DNA of 44,675 nt, from assembly GCA_035707305.1 (NCBI GenBank), contig DASSUE010000187.1:1-44675 (forward strand), written 5' to 3'. Origin of the DNA: Gemmatimonadales bacterium (GTDB lineage: Bacteria > Gemmatimonadota > Gemmatimonadetes > Gemmatimonadales > GWC2-71-9). The notes under the pieces were generated by a model. That model was not told the DNA's origin. It searched no databases and saw nothing but the letters and a program-made list of their open reading frames with translations. The position numbers were made by a program, and so were the translations under genes. Within the stretch, counting starts at the first letter, position 1. Each line of letters opens with the position of its first letter. Of this stretch, positions 1 through 7,557 are shown one piece after another.

Positions 1-357
1 GCCATAGGCGGCCACATCGTACGACATCGGGGTGCGGACCCGCCCTGCCACGTAGAAAGCCGCGGCCGCCGGCAGCCAGCCACCCCGCCCGGCGTCGGTG
101 ACAAACGCGGTCCCCTTTACGGACGGCGCCTTCCTCATCCAATTCACCAGGCATCCTGGTTCGCCGAACTTTCTCGCTTGTCCGCCAACCTCGATGAACT
201 CCGCCGCCAGCCGCGGATCGTCGATTGTCATCCTGCAGTAGGAGCACTCGTCGCGCCCGAATTCGATCTCTACTGGGGCGGGGGCATGTGCTCTCGGCCG
301 ACAAGCCGCCAGCAGTGCGGTGGCGAGCAACGTGCCCAGGAGCTCGCGCCGGGTCAC
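1..357 (-). CDS. nosL: NosL-family copper-chaperone lipoprotein, partial (C-terminus lies beyond window edge)
   Basis: Absent from the ORF track because it runs off the edge. Hand translation of the minus strand from GTG at 357-355 (GTGA overlap with the nosF stop) gives VTRRELLGTLLATALLAAC (lipobox) RPRAHAPAPVEIEFGRDECSYCRMTIDDPRLAAEFIEVGGQARKFGEPGCLVNW... This is the Cys-x2-Cys-x-Met pattern typical of NosL. It sits directly after nosDF. Confidence 0.7.
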   Translation of the reverse strand, partial: MTRRELLGTLLATALLAACRPRAHAPAPVEIEFGRDECSYCRMTIDDPRLAAEFIEVGGQARKFGEPGCLVNWMRKAPSVKGTAFVTDAGRGGWLPAAAAFYVAGRVRTPMSYDVAAYG

Positions 358-1079
358 GCCACTCTCCGGATCGGGGCCAGCCCGGTAAGGCCACGGTACA
401 CGTCCTCGAGGCTCCGCCCGCCGGTGATTCCCAAGAGTTCCGAGAGAGTCCCGATTGCTAACACGCGGCCGGCCGAGAAGACCGCGATGCGATCGGCGAG
501 AGCGGACACTTCGGCGAGATCGTGAGAAGACAGGATGACAGTGGTGGAACGGATGCGCGCCTCGATCAGGAGGTCTCGCACCAGCAGCGCTCCGGTGGGA
601 TCCAGCGCTGCGCTTGGCTCGTCGAACGCGAGAGCTCGCGGGCGTCCCAACAGCGCCGCCGCGAGCCCGAGCCGCTGGCGCATGCCACCAGAAAAGCCAT
701 CAACGACTCGATCGGCCGCTGCCGAGAGTTCGACCCGCTCGAGCAGGGTCTCGACCTCATCACGCGGCGTCCCGCGGAGCTTCGCGCAGAGACGGAGCGC
801 GGCCCGCGCGGTCACGCCGTCGGGGAGCGCCAGGCGCTGGGGTAGGTAGCCGATCAGACCGCGGACTTCCCGACCGGCCGTCGCGACGTCTACCCCGCCA
901 ACCATAACGCGGCCGGCCGTGGGCCGAATGAGCCCGACCAGCGCCTTGAGCGTGGTCGTCTTCCCCGAGCCATTCGGGCCGATCAGCCCCAGCGTCTCGC
1001 CTTCAGCGATGCGCAGATCGATTCCGTCGGCTGCTACGACCGTACCGAACCGTTTGCCGAAGCCGATGTACTGAATCAT
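354..1079 (-). CDS. nosF: ABC transporter ATP-binding protein NosF
   Basis: 241 aa with Walker A GPNGSGKT, ABC signature FSGGMRQR and Walker B LAFDEP. ATGA overlap with the nosD stop (1076-1079). Sits between nosD and nosL. Confidence 0.85.
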   Translation of the reverse strand: MIQYIGFGKRFGTVVAADGIDLRIAEGETLGLIGPNGSGKTTTLKALVGLIRPTAGRVMVGGVDVATAGREVRGLIGYLPQRLALPDGVTARAALRLCAKLRGTPRDEVETLLERVELSAAADRVVDGFSGGMRQRLGLAAALLGRPRALAFDEPSAALDPTGALLVRDLLIEARIRSTTVILSSHDLAEVSALADRIAVFSAGRVLAIGTLSELLGITGGRSLEDVYRGLTGLAPIRRVA

Positions 1080-2347
1080 CTGGTGGCAAGCATAGGCGGC
1101 CGATGCAGCGTCGGCCGGCGAGCCAGCGGATGGGGATCCTCCACGCGCGGCATGTCGAAGACCGGAAACGCCTCGTCCGCCCAGGCCAGAGCACGGGCGG
1201 CGAGCGTGCCTGTGAAAATGTCGAGCACCGGGCGCGTCGCGGCCAGCGTGGCATAAGCGTCGCCCGCCCGGTACGGCCGGTCCCCGATGCCGTCACCGTC
1301 GAGATCGAATACCGACCGGTCGCCCCAGAAGTTGCCGCGGCCATCCGCCGACCAGCGGTTCTCGCTGGTTCCGAGCACCCGTCGCACCGCGATCCGGTTG
1401 TCCGTGATGATGTTGCCGGTGAACGTGTTGTTCTCGGCGCTCGCCAGAAGATCGACGCCCACGCCGTTGTCCGAGATCACGTTGTCCCGGAAGATGTCGC
1501 CGGTCGCGCCGTCAAGGAACAGGCCGGTAAGATTGCCCTCGATCCGGTTTCGCTCCGCCAGCACCTGCTCGGCGGTCTGGAGCAGGATGCCGTAAGCCCG
1601 GTAACCCACGTGCTCGGCGAAGACATTTTCGCGGAACGTGATGCGCTTCGAGAACATGATCGCCGCACCGGCCGCGTTGCGGGTAAACACGTTGCGCTCG
1701 AACGTGTTGTCGTCCGAGTACATGTAGTGAAGGCCGTAGCGGACGTGCGCGACGTCGTTGCCGACGACCGTGTTGCCGCTGGCGAATGAAAAGTAGATCC
1801 CGTCACGGGTGCCGCGGACCGTATTGCCGGCAAGACGGTTGCCCGATGAGTTGAAAAGGTGCACCCCGTTGCCGCGGGCCGATTCGACGAGATCGGCCGC
1901 GCCCGTGATCCGATTGCGCTCCACAGCAACCGCGTGTGCTTCGAGCAGATATACGGCGTGAAGGGGATCCTCGATGACATTATCGGAGATCTGCACGCGG
2001 CGGGCGCGGATCACTTTCACGACCGCGTCGTCGCGCTCCAGCGAGCGTCCACTCGCCCGAAGCGTGAAACCACGTACCGTGACACTGTCGGCGAGAATGG
2101 TGATCACGGTTCCAGTGCGACCGCCGTCAAGGATGGCCCCGGGCTCGCCGATGAGAACGATCGGCTTCTCGAGCTGGAGGCATTCACGATAGCGCCCAGC
2201 GCGAACCCGGACGGTGTCGTGCGGCAGGGAGGCTGCAACCGCCGCCCGGATCGTCGCGTGCTCGGCGCCCAGGCCGACGGTCCGGGTCCGCGGCGGATCC
2301 GCCGTGATGGCGCCCAGCGCCAGGGCGAACAGTGCGATGCCGGCCAT
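1076..2347 (-). CDS. nosD: NosD periplasmic parallel beta-helix copper-maturation protein
   Basis: Repetitive N/G-rich beta-helix repeats (NRITGA.., GNRLAGNTV.., GNTVVGNDV.., NVFTRN.., NRIEGN.., DNVISDNG.., GNIITDN). I place the start at ATG 2347, giving signal-like MAGIALFALALGAITA, because it overlaps the upstream stop as TGATG. The longer ORF to 2467 would overlap the nosB-like gene. Confidence 0.85.
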   Translation of the reverse strand: MAGIALFALALGAITADPPRTRTVGLGAEHATIRAAVAASLPHDTVRVRAGRYRECLQLEKPIVLIGEPGAILDGGRTGTVITILADSVTVRGFTLRASGRSLERDDAVVKVIRARRVQISDNVIEDPLHAVYLLEAHAVAVERNRITGAADLVESARGNGVHLFNSSGNRLAGNTVRGTRDGIYFSFASGNTVVGNDVAHVRYGLHYMYSDDNTFERNVFTRNAAGAAIMFSKRITFRENVFAEHVGYRAYGILLQTAEQVLAERNRIEGNLTGLFLDGATGDIFRDNVISDNGVGVDLLASAENNTFTGNIITDNRIAVRRVLGTSENRWSADGRGNFWGDRSVFDLDGDGIGDRPYRAGDAYATLAATRPVLDIFTGTLAARALAWADEAFPVFDMPRVEDPHPLARRPTLHRPPMLATR

Positions 2348-2958
2348 CAGGCCACCTGCAACGCGGCCGTGACGGGCCGAGGGGCCCGCGGCCGAGGGCG
2401 TCGGAGGTCCGCGACGAGCACCAGCGCCACCAGCCCACCCGCCACCAACGGGAGAATGGTGCCCCAATCGAAGTACGCGTACGTCGCGAACTGAGCGATC
2501 TGATTTTCGCCCAGCATCGGCGGAGTGAATGGCGTAATCTCGATGGCGGCCGTCGGGTCCAGGTCATGCCCGAACTGATACAGCCGCCGCTGCATGGACC
2601 AGAGGCCATACCCTGCCAGCGCGCCCATCAGCGCGAGGGGCACGACTGCGACCCACCGGCGCCGGATGAAGGTGGCGAGGAGGCAGGTCGCCGCCACCAC
2701 ACCGAAGGCAAGCGGAAGCAGCTTGAGCTCCGGGAAAAACGCGTCGGAGATGGGAATCATGCCGATGTAATGGTTCAATGCGTTCAGCTCACCGACGTCG
2801 CCCGTGATCCGGCGGGCGTACACGATCAGCCGGAGCCCGTCCGGGTACTGCGTGCTCACCAGCGTCATGCCCCAGAGTGGCAGGAACACCGCGGCCAGCG
2901 TCAGGGCGGCCGCCGCCAGCAGCAGCTGGCGGCGGTGCCGCGTCACGAGCGCGATCAT
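2347..2958 (-). CDS. NosB-like integral membrane protein (4 predicted TM) directly downstream of clade II nosZ
   Basis: The ATG at 2958 is preceded by GGGAGG and lies 2 nt after the nosZ TAA stop. There are four hydrophobic segments with a large loop after TM1. A membrane protein immediately after atypical nosZ matches the described nosB position. No catalytic motif recognised. Confidence 0.5.
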   Translation of the reverse strand: MIALVTRHRRQLLLAAAALTLAAVFLPLWGMTLVSTQYPDGLRLIVYARRITGDVGELNALNHYIGMIPISDAFFPELKLLPLAFGVVAATCLLATFIRRRWVAVVPLALMGALAGYGLWSMQRRLYQFGHDLDPTAAIEITPFTPPMLGENQIAQFATYAYFDWGTILPLVAGGLVALVLVADLRRPRPRAPRPVTAALQVA

Positions 2959-2959
2959 G

Positions 2960-4966
2960 TTACCTCCCGACAGCAGCCGTTCCAGCCGTGTGAGCATGGG
3001 ACGACTGCGCATGATCGGTGGTGGCCGGCGTGGTTCCCCGGCGGTCGAACGCCATCTCCCCCTGGCCGTTCCGATAGGCTGCCAGCGGGCGCCCGCTCGG
3101 CACGATCTCCAGGTAGCCCTGCATCTCCTGGTGGAGTGCCGAGCAGAAGTTGGTGCAATAGTACGGATACACGCCCGACTTCCGCGCCACGAACTTCAGT
3201 GTCTTGGTCTCGCCCGGATCGATCACGATGTTCTTGTCGAACGCGACCAGACCGAATCCATGGATCTCATCCCGCGCCTGCTCGGCGTTGGTGATGTGCA
3301 GGACCACGGTGTCGCCTTCCTGCACTTGAATGCGACCGGGCTCGAAATAACTCCGGATGGCATACACCTTCCCCTCGACGGTGCGAGTGGCCGCGTTGCG
3401 GATCACCCTGGCGTCGGCCGGAGCCCAAATGGCATTGGGGTCGTGACTCTCCGCTTTCGGATAGAACTCGATCGGCTTGATCACGTCCCGATGCACTAGC
3501 TGCGCGAAGTGCGGCTCCGGCTCGGTGAATGCTTCGTACGTCATCACCATCTTCTGACCGGTGATGTCGATCAGCTGCGAGCTCTCCGGGATCGACGGGC
3601 CCACGTTCAGGTGCCGGCCCTTCGACATCTTGTTCATCGCGACCAGGAAGTCGCCCTTGGGGTGCCGGGTGTCGCCATGCGCGGTCACCAGGTGTCCCAC
3701 GTTGAACTGCACCGGGATCTTATCCAGCACCAGCGACTTCGGGTCGGTGCCGGGCGCGTACGGCGGCAGCTTCCATTTTGCGATCGCGCTCTCGACGTAG
3801 AGCGAGGTGTAGGCATTGCCCCTGCCGTCGAACTGGGTATGGAGCGGACCGAGTCCGACCGGCACTTCCATCAGCACGGCCGACTCGTAGCGAAGCACTG
3901 GAATCCCGTCCTCGCTTCCGGTGAAGTCCTTCTTGTCGATCGCCTCGCGAATCTTCGTGAAGGAGAACACGGTCGAGGTCGGCTGCAGCTTGCCCGAGCA
4001 GACCACGTATTCCCCGCTGGGATCTACGTCCACGCCGTGGGGGCTCTTCCCGCAGGCGATCAGATACATGACACCGGGTACCTTCGCCGGGTCGATCACC
4101 TTCAGGCCGCCAGCCTCGAACGTCCGGCCTGCGGCCGCTGCTGCTTCCGCCGCCTTCCAGTTCACGATGGCGACGTAATCCTTGTCCCGCTGGGTGCTCG
4201 AGGTTTCGAGCTTGCCGGTCGCCCGCTCGGCGTTATACGAGGTCCAGAAGGCCCAGTCCACGGACGGCCCCTTGCCGGTGGCGCCGAGATCCCAGTTGAA
4301 CGGCGGCGTCATGATCTGCCAGCCGATGCTCATCGCTCCGCTCCTCGGGTCCACCTTGATCCCTGTCACGGCGCCCTTGTACTTGGTCGCATAGTCCTCC
4401 AGCGGCTCGTACTTCGAGGCCATCGGCGCGGAGAAGCGAGTCGCGACCAGGGCGTACTCGGTGTTGTCGGTGACCATCGATGAGCCGTGGTTCCCCATCG
4501 TGTTGGGGATCGGCCCGAGGATCTGCTTGGTCTTGAGGTCACGCAGGTCGATGCGGGCGATGCGGTTGTTCGCATTGTCGTTCACGAACAGCCACCGACC
4601 GTCGTAGTCGCCGGCAGTCTTGGAGAGCGCGGGGTGGTGCACGTCGCCCCAGGTATAGCTCCCCATCATCGCCTTGGTTTCCTCGTCGAAGCCGTAGCCG
4701 GTGCCCGGATAGAGACCGAACACCGGGATCGTGGCGATGTGGCGCATCGATGGCACGCCGGCCACGAACACCTGCCCGGAATGCCCTCCGGAGTAGAAGA
4801 GGTAGTAGTCGTCGAAATCGCCCGGCTTCACGTAGGTGGCAAGGGCCGCCTTCTGCACATCACCCGTCGCCATCGGCCGTTGACCGGGGGCTTGGGGCTT
4901 GGTGCCGCTGCAGGCGGCGAGGCTCACGAGAGTGAAAAGCGCGGCGCGATACGCAGCTCTGGGCAT
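2960..4966 (-). CDS. nosZ: Nitrous-oxide reductase NosZ, clade II (Sec/lipobox signal)
   Basis: 668 aa. C-terminal CuA motif YYCTNFCSALHQEMQGYLEIV (C-x3-C-x3-H-x2-M) with an upstream HGFG His. Propeller region contains WGDVHHPA. The N-terminus MPRAAYRAALFTLVSLAAC has no twin-arginine motif. Strong RBS AAGGAGGA just upstream of the ATG at 4966. Confidence 0.95.
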   Translation of the reverse strand: MPRAAYRAALFTLVSLAACSGTKPQAPGQRPMATGDVQKAALATYVKPGDFDDYYLFYSGGHSGQVFVAGVPSMRHIATIPVFGLYPGTGYGFDEETKAMMGSYTWGDVHHPALSKTAGDYDGRWLFVNDNANNRIARIDLRDLKTKQILGPIPNTMGNHGSSMVTDNTEYALVATRFSAPMASKYEPLEDYATKYKGAVTGIKVDPRSGAMSIGWQIMTPPFNWDLGATGKGPSVDWAFWTSYNAERATGKLETSSTQRDKDYVAIVNWKAAEAAAAAGRTFEAGGLKVIDPAKVPGVMYLIACGKSPHGVDVDPSGEYVVCSGKLQPTSTVFSFTKIREAIDKKDFTGSEDGIPVLRYESAVLMEVPVGLGPLHTQFDGRGNAYTSLYVESAIAKWKLPPYAPGTDPKSLVLDKIPVQFNVGHLVTAHGDTRHPKGDFLVAMNKMSKGRHLNVGPSIPESSQLIDITGQKMVMTYEAFTEPEPHFAQLVHRDVIKPIEFYPKAESHDPNAIWAPADARVIRNAATRTVEGKVYAIRSYFEPGRIQVQEGDTVVLHITNAEQARDEIHGFGLVAFDKNIVIDPGETKTLKFVARKSGVYPYYCTNFCSALHQEMQGYLEIVPSGRPLAAYRNGQGEMAFDRRGTTPATTDHAQSSHAHTAGTAAVGR

Positions 4967-4977
4967 AGAATCCTCCT

Positions 4978-5412
4978 TCAGTCGTCGTCTTCAACTTCGA
5001 GTTCGCCCGTCATTCCAAGGGCGGCGTGCGGATCGCACTGGAAGAAGTACTCGCCGGGCGTGAGCGTGACCGGCACATCGAGCGTCTGGCCTGGGAGCTG
5101 GAGCAGCTCGGTCGCGGGAGGAAGTCCCTGTACGCCCGGGTTCTTCTCCGCGGGGAAGTGGAAGTTGTGCACGCCGCTCACCAGCGTGAGGCGAAGCACG
5201 TCCCCCGGTTTGGCTTCCACCTCCTTGGGCTCGAAGTAGTTGCCCTTGTCGTCCGAGATCATCTTGATCGCGATGACCGAGCCAGTCGGCGCGGCCGGCG
5301 CGGCGGCGGCGGCTGGCGCGCTCTCAGTGGTCGCCGGTTCGTTCCTGGACCGCTCGCCACAGGCGGTCAGTCCGGCGGTGAGCACCACGGCGGCGAGAAT
5401 GGCTGGCTTCAC
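4978..5412 (-). CDS. Cupredoxin (type-1 blue copper) lipoprotein, first gene of the nos operon
   Basis: 144 aa. Lipobox LTAC followed by an Ala/Pro linker. Type-1 Cu ligand pattern VHNFHF ... C-D-P-H-A-A-L-G-M (C-x2-H-x4-M). GTG start preceded by GGAAGGAG. The stop lies 11 nt before the nosZ start. Confidence 0.8.
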   Translation of the reverse strand: MKPAILAAVVLTAGLTACGERSRNEPATTESAPAAAAAPAAPTGSVIAIKMISDDKGNYFEPKEVEAKPGDVLRLTLVSGVHNFHFPAEKNPGVQGLPPATELLQLPGQTLDVPVTLTPGEYFFQCDPHAALGMTGELEVEDDD

Positions 5413-5452
5413 GGTCGCTCCTTCCGAGTGTCGAGCTGGGTCGGATGCCCCG

Positions 5453-5497
5453 AAGCTACCGGCGACGGTTCAAGCCGCTGATGAAGGCATTGTGAAG
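5453..5497 (-). promoter_or_regulatory. Candidate response-regulator box plus -10 for the cupredoxin-nosZ operon
   Basis: The minus strand reads CTTCAC-aatgc-CTTCAT-cagcgg-CTTGAA-n10-TAGCTT. This is the same phased-repeat architecture found at about nine other promoters in the window (see findings). An inverted GTGAAGG lies just upstream at 5501-5507. Confidence 0.5.
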
Positions 5498-5534
5498 CTT
5501 CCTTCACGGCTGGCCGGCTCTCGCCCGCGTCGGC

Positions 5535-5580
5535 TTGACAATTGGAATATTGTATATAATCATGAGCATATGATGAATAT
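5535..5580 (+). promoter_or_regulatory. AT-rich promoter/operator region upstream of the Rrf2 regulator gene
   Basis: A ~45-bp AT-rich island in a G+C-rich genome: TTGACA (5535-5540), TATAAT (5555-5560, only a 14-nt spacer), inverted repeat ATCAT-n6-ATGAT (5560-5575) and direct repeat GAATAT (5545, 5575). It ends 20 nt before the rrf2 ATG. Confidence 0.4.
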
Positions 5581-5600
5581 CGGGTGAGAGAGCGTTTCGC

Positions 5601-6020
5601 ATGCTTTCCCAGACCGCGCAGTATGCCCTCCGCACGGTAGTGCTCATTGCCGCTCGACCGCCGGACCAGGCCGTGTCGGTCGAGGAGATCGCGAGCGAGC
5701 TCGGCGTGCCGCGAAACTACCTGTCCAAGACCCTTCATCAGCTCGCGCGGGCCGGGGTGCTGCGCTCTACGCGTGGTCCCGGGGGCGGCTTCCGACTCGC
5801 GGTGCCGGCCGCGCGGCTTCCCTTGGTACGGATCATCGAGCGGTTCGACGACATCGGGACCGGCCGACGCTGCCTCCTGGGTCAGCCGCAGTGCAGCGAC
5901 CGGAAGGCGTGCCGGGCGCATGACCGCTGGAAGGCGGCGGGCGAGGCGATCGTGGCCTTCTTCCGCGACACCACCGTCGCCGACCTGCTCGACGGCCATC
6001 GGAGCGCGGTGGCGGGGTAG
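5601..6020 (+). CDS. Rrf2-family transcriptional regulator (NsrR/IscR-like, Fe-S type)
   Basis: 139 aa. N-terminal wHTH MLSQTAQYALRTVVLIA...VSVEEIASELGVPRNYLSKTLHQLARAGVLRSTRGPGGGFRLA. Three-Cys cluster C-x6-C-x5-C (CLLGQPQCSDRKAC). Confidence 0.85.
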   Translation: MLSQTAQYALRTVVLIAARPPDQAVSVEEIASELGVPRNYLSKTLHQLARAGVLRSTRGPGGGFRLAVPAARLPLVRIIERFDDIGTGRRCLLGQPQCSDRKACRAHDRWKAAGEAIVAFFRDTTVADLLDGHRSAVAG

Positions 6021-6046
6021 GACGGGGCTGAAGGAGATCGACGCAC

Positions 6047-6511
6047 ATGGACTGGTTCGTTCGGGCCTTCATTAAGGCCAGCGTGGCCTGGCTCTCGGCG
6101 GGGGTCACCCTCGGCGTGGCCATGGCCGTGCACCCGCCGTGGGTGATCTATCGTCCGGCCCACATTCACCTCAACGTGCTGGGGTTCGTGGCGATGATGA
6201 TCTTCGGGGTGGGCTATCATGTGCTGCCGCGCATCGCGGGCCACCCCCTGGGTCACCCAAGACTTGCCGCCGCGCACTGGTGGCTGGCGAACATCGGCCT
6301 TGCCCTGTTCGTCGCCGGCCTCGTGGCCCGCGCCCACACGGTCGCGGTCGCGCCGGCGGTGCTGGGGGCGGGGGCGGCGCTGTCGGCGGCCGGCGCCTAT
6401 GCCTTCGCATGGAACATCTGGCGCACGCTCGCCGCCGCGGGCCGGCGCCAGGCTTCGACTGATCGGGGAACGCCGCCCCGCAGGCGCGCGCTGCCGATCG
6501 CGGCGCACTGA
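6047..6511 (+). CDS. 4-TM membrane protein with haem-copper-oxidase helix-X-like AHxH motif (paralog A)
   Basis: 154 aa with four hydrophobic helices. AHIHLNVLGFVAMMIFGVGYHVLPR resembles the COX1/NorB helix X segment (AHFHYVLSMGAVF...WFP). RBS GAAGGAG upstream. Lies between rrf2 and nrfH. Confidence 0.6.
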   Translation: MDWFVRAFIKASVAWLSAGVTLGVAMAVHPPWVIYRPAHIHLNVLGFVAMMIFGVGYHVLPRIAGHPLGHPRLAAAHWWLANIGLALFVAGLVARAHTVAVAPAVLGAGAALSAAGAYAFAWNIWRTLAAAGRRQASTDRGTPPRRRALPIAAH

Positions 6512-6515
6512 CGCG

Positions 6516-6950
6516 GTGGATCGGCTCGTTCAGCGTTACCTGAAGACGGCTATCGGATTTCTCGCCCTTGGCCTCGTGCTCGGCGCACTGATGATCATCC
6601 GACGCGAGCTCCAGGGAGTTTACCCACCGCCGCACTGGATCAGCGCGCATACCCACGCGCTGCTGGTCGGGTTCGTAATGATGCTGATCCAGGGAGTCGC
6701 GCTCTGGATGTTTCCGCGGCCGGACCAGGCTGACCTCCGCTACCGACCTGCGCTCGCGGAATTGGCCTACTGGCTGGTGGCACTATCCACGGTGCTGCGC
6801 CTGGCTGGCGAACTACTTCGCCCCACCGTGGACGCAGTTGCCCTACGGTGGCTCGTGGTCGGCGGGGGGGTGGGGCAAGTCCTCGGAATCCTCGTCTTCT
6901 TCGTAAACATGTGGCCCCGGATCCGCTCCGCGGGAGCCCGCACCCGCTGA
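6516..6950 (+). CDS. 4-TM membrane protein, paralog B of 6047-6511
   Basis: I place the start at GTG 6516, in frame with track ORF 6219-6950 and 5 nt after the paralog A stop. It begins VDRLVQRYLKTAIGFLALGL. AHTHALLVGFVMMLIQGVALWMFPR aligns with the paralog A motif. The part of the track ORF upstream of 6516 overlaps gene A and looks like non-coding Arg/Pro-rich sequence. Confidence 0.55.
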   Translation: MDRLVQRYLKTAIGFLALGLVLGALMIIRRELQGVYPPPHWISAHTHALLVGFVMMLIQGVALWMFPRPDQADLRYRPALAELAYWLVALSTVLRLAGELLRPTVDAVALRWLVVGGGVGQVLGILVFFVNMWPRIRSAGARTR

Positions 6951-6992
6951 CCGGTTCTTGCTCATCACGGCCGTTCAGCCTTAACCTGCGCC

Positions 6993-7535
6993 ATGCCGCA
7001 GGTGCCCACCGGGGCCGGACCGGTTCTGGCAGCGGCGGCCGTCGGACTGGCCGTCGGGCTGGGTGCCTTCACGTTCGGGTATGCGAAGGGTGCCTCCTAT
7101 CTCAGCACCGATCCCGCCGTCTGCGCCAACTGCCACATCATGGGCGAGCACTTCACGGCCTGGCAGCGGTCGAGCCATCGGCAGGCCGCGGCGTGTGCCG
7201 ACTGCCACATGCCGCACGATGTCGTTGGGAAATACGTCGCGAAGGCGTCGAACGGCTTCTGGCATTCGCTCGCCTTCACTACGGGGAACTTCCCCGATCC
7301 ATTGCAGATCAAGCCGCACAACCGCGCCATCACCGAGCACGCCTGTCGCCATTGTCACGGGGACGTCGTGGCGGCGATCGATCCGGCGGACGGCCCGGCG
7401 GACTTCGCAATCCGGTCGGCCTTCGCCGGAGGAGCCGCTGCCGAGCGGCCGCAGATTCACGATGGGCCGATCGACGCAGGCTGGAGCGACTCCTGCATCC
7501 GTTGTCATACCTATGTAGGGCACATGGTGCGGTGA
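6993..7535 (+). CDS. nrfH: NrfH, membrane-anchored tetrahaem NapC/NirT-family quinol dehydrogenase
   Basis: 180 aa with an N-terminal TM helix. Four CxxCH motifs (CANCH, CADCH, CRHCH, CIRCH). Immediately upstream of nrfA. Confidence 0.9.
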   Translation: MPQVPTGAGPVLAAAAVGLAVGLGAFTFGYAKGASYLSTDPAVCANCHIMGEHFTAWQRSSHRQAAACADCHMPHDVVGKYVAKASNGFWHSLAFTTGNFPDPLQIKPHNRAITEHACRHCHGDVVAAIDPADGPADFAIRSAFAGGAAAERPQIHDGPIDAGWSDSCIRCHTYVGHMVR

Positions 7536-7557
7536 CCCGAGTGGACCGGAGAGCATT

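Noticed and set aside
178-907. Several 78-115-aa plus-strand ORFs at the window start
   Set aside because: Antisense to nosL and nosF, with no motifs.
5535-5560. Calling TTGACA/TATAAT a confirmed sigma70 promoter
   Set aside because: A 14-nt spacer is outside the usual 16-18 nt range. It is reported only as a candidate region.
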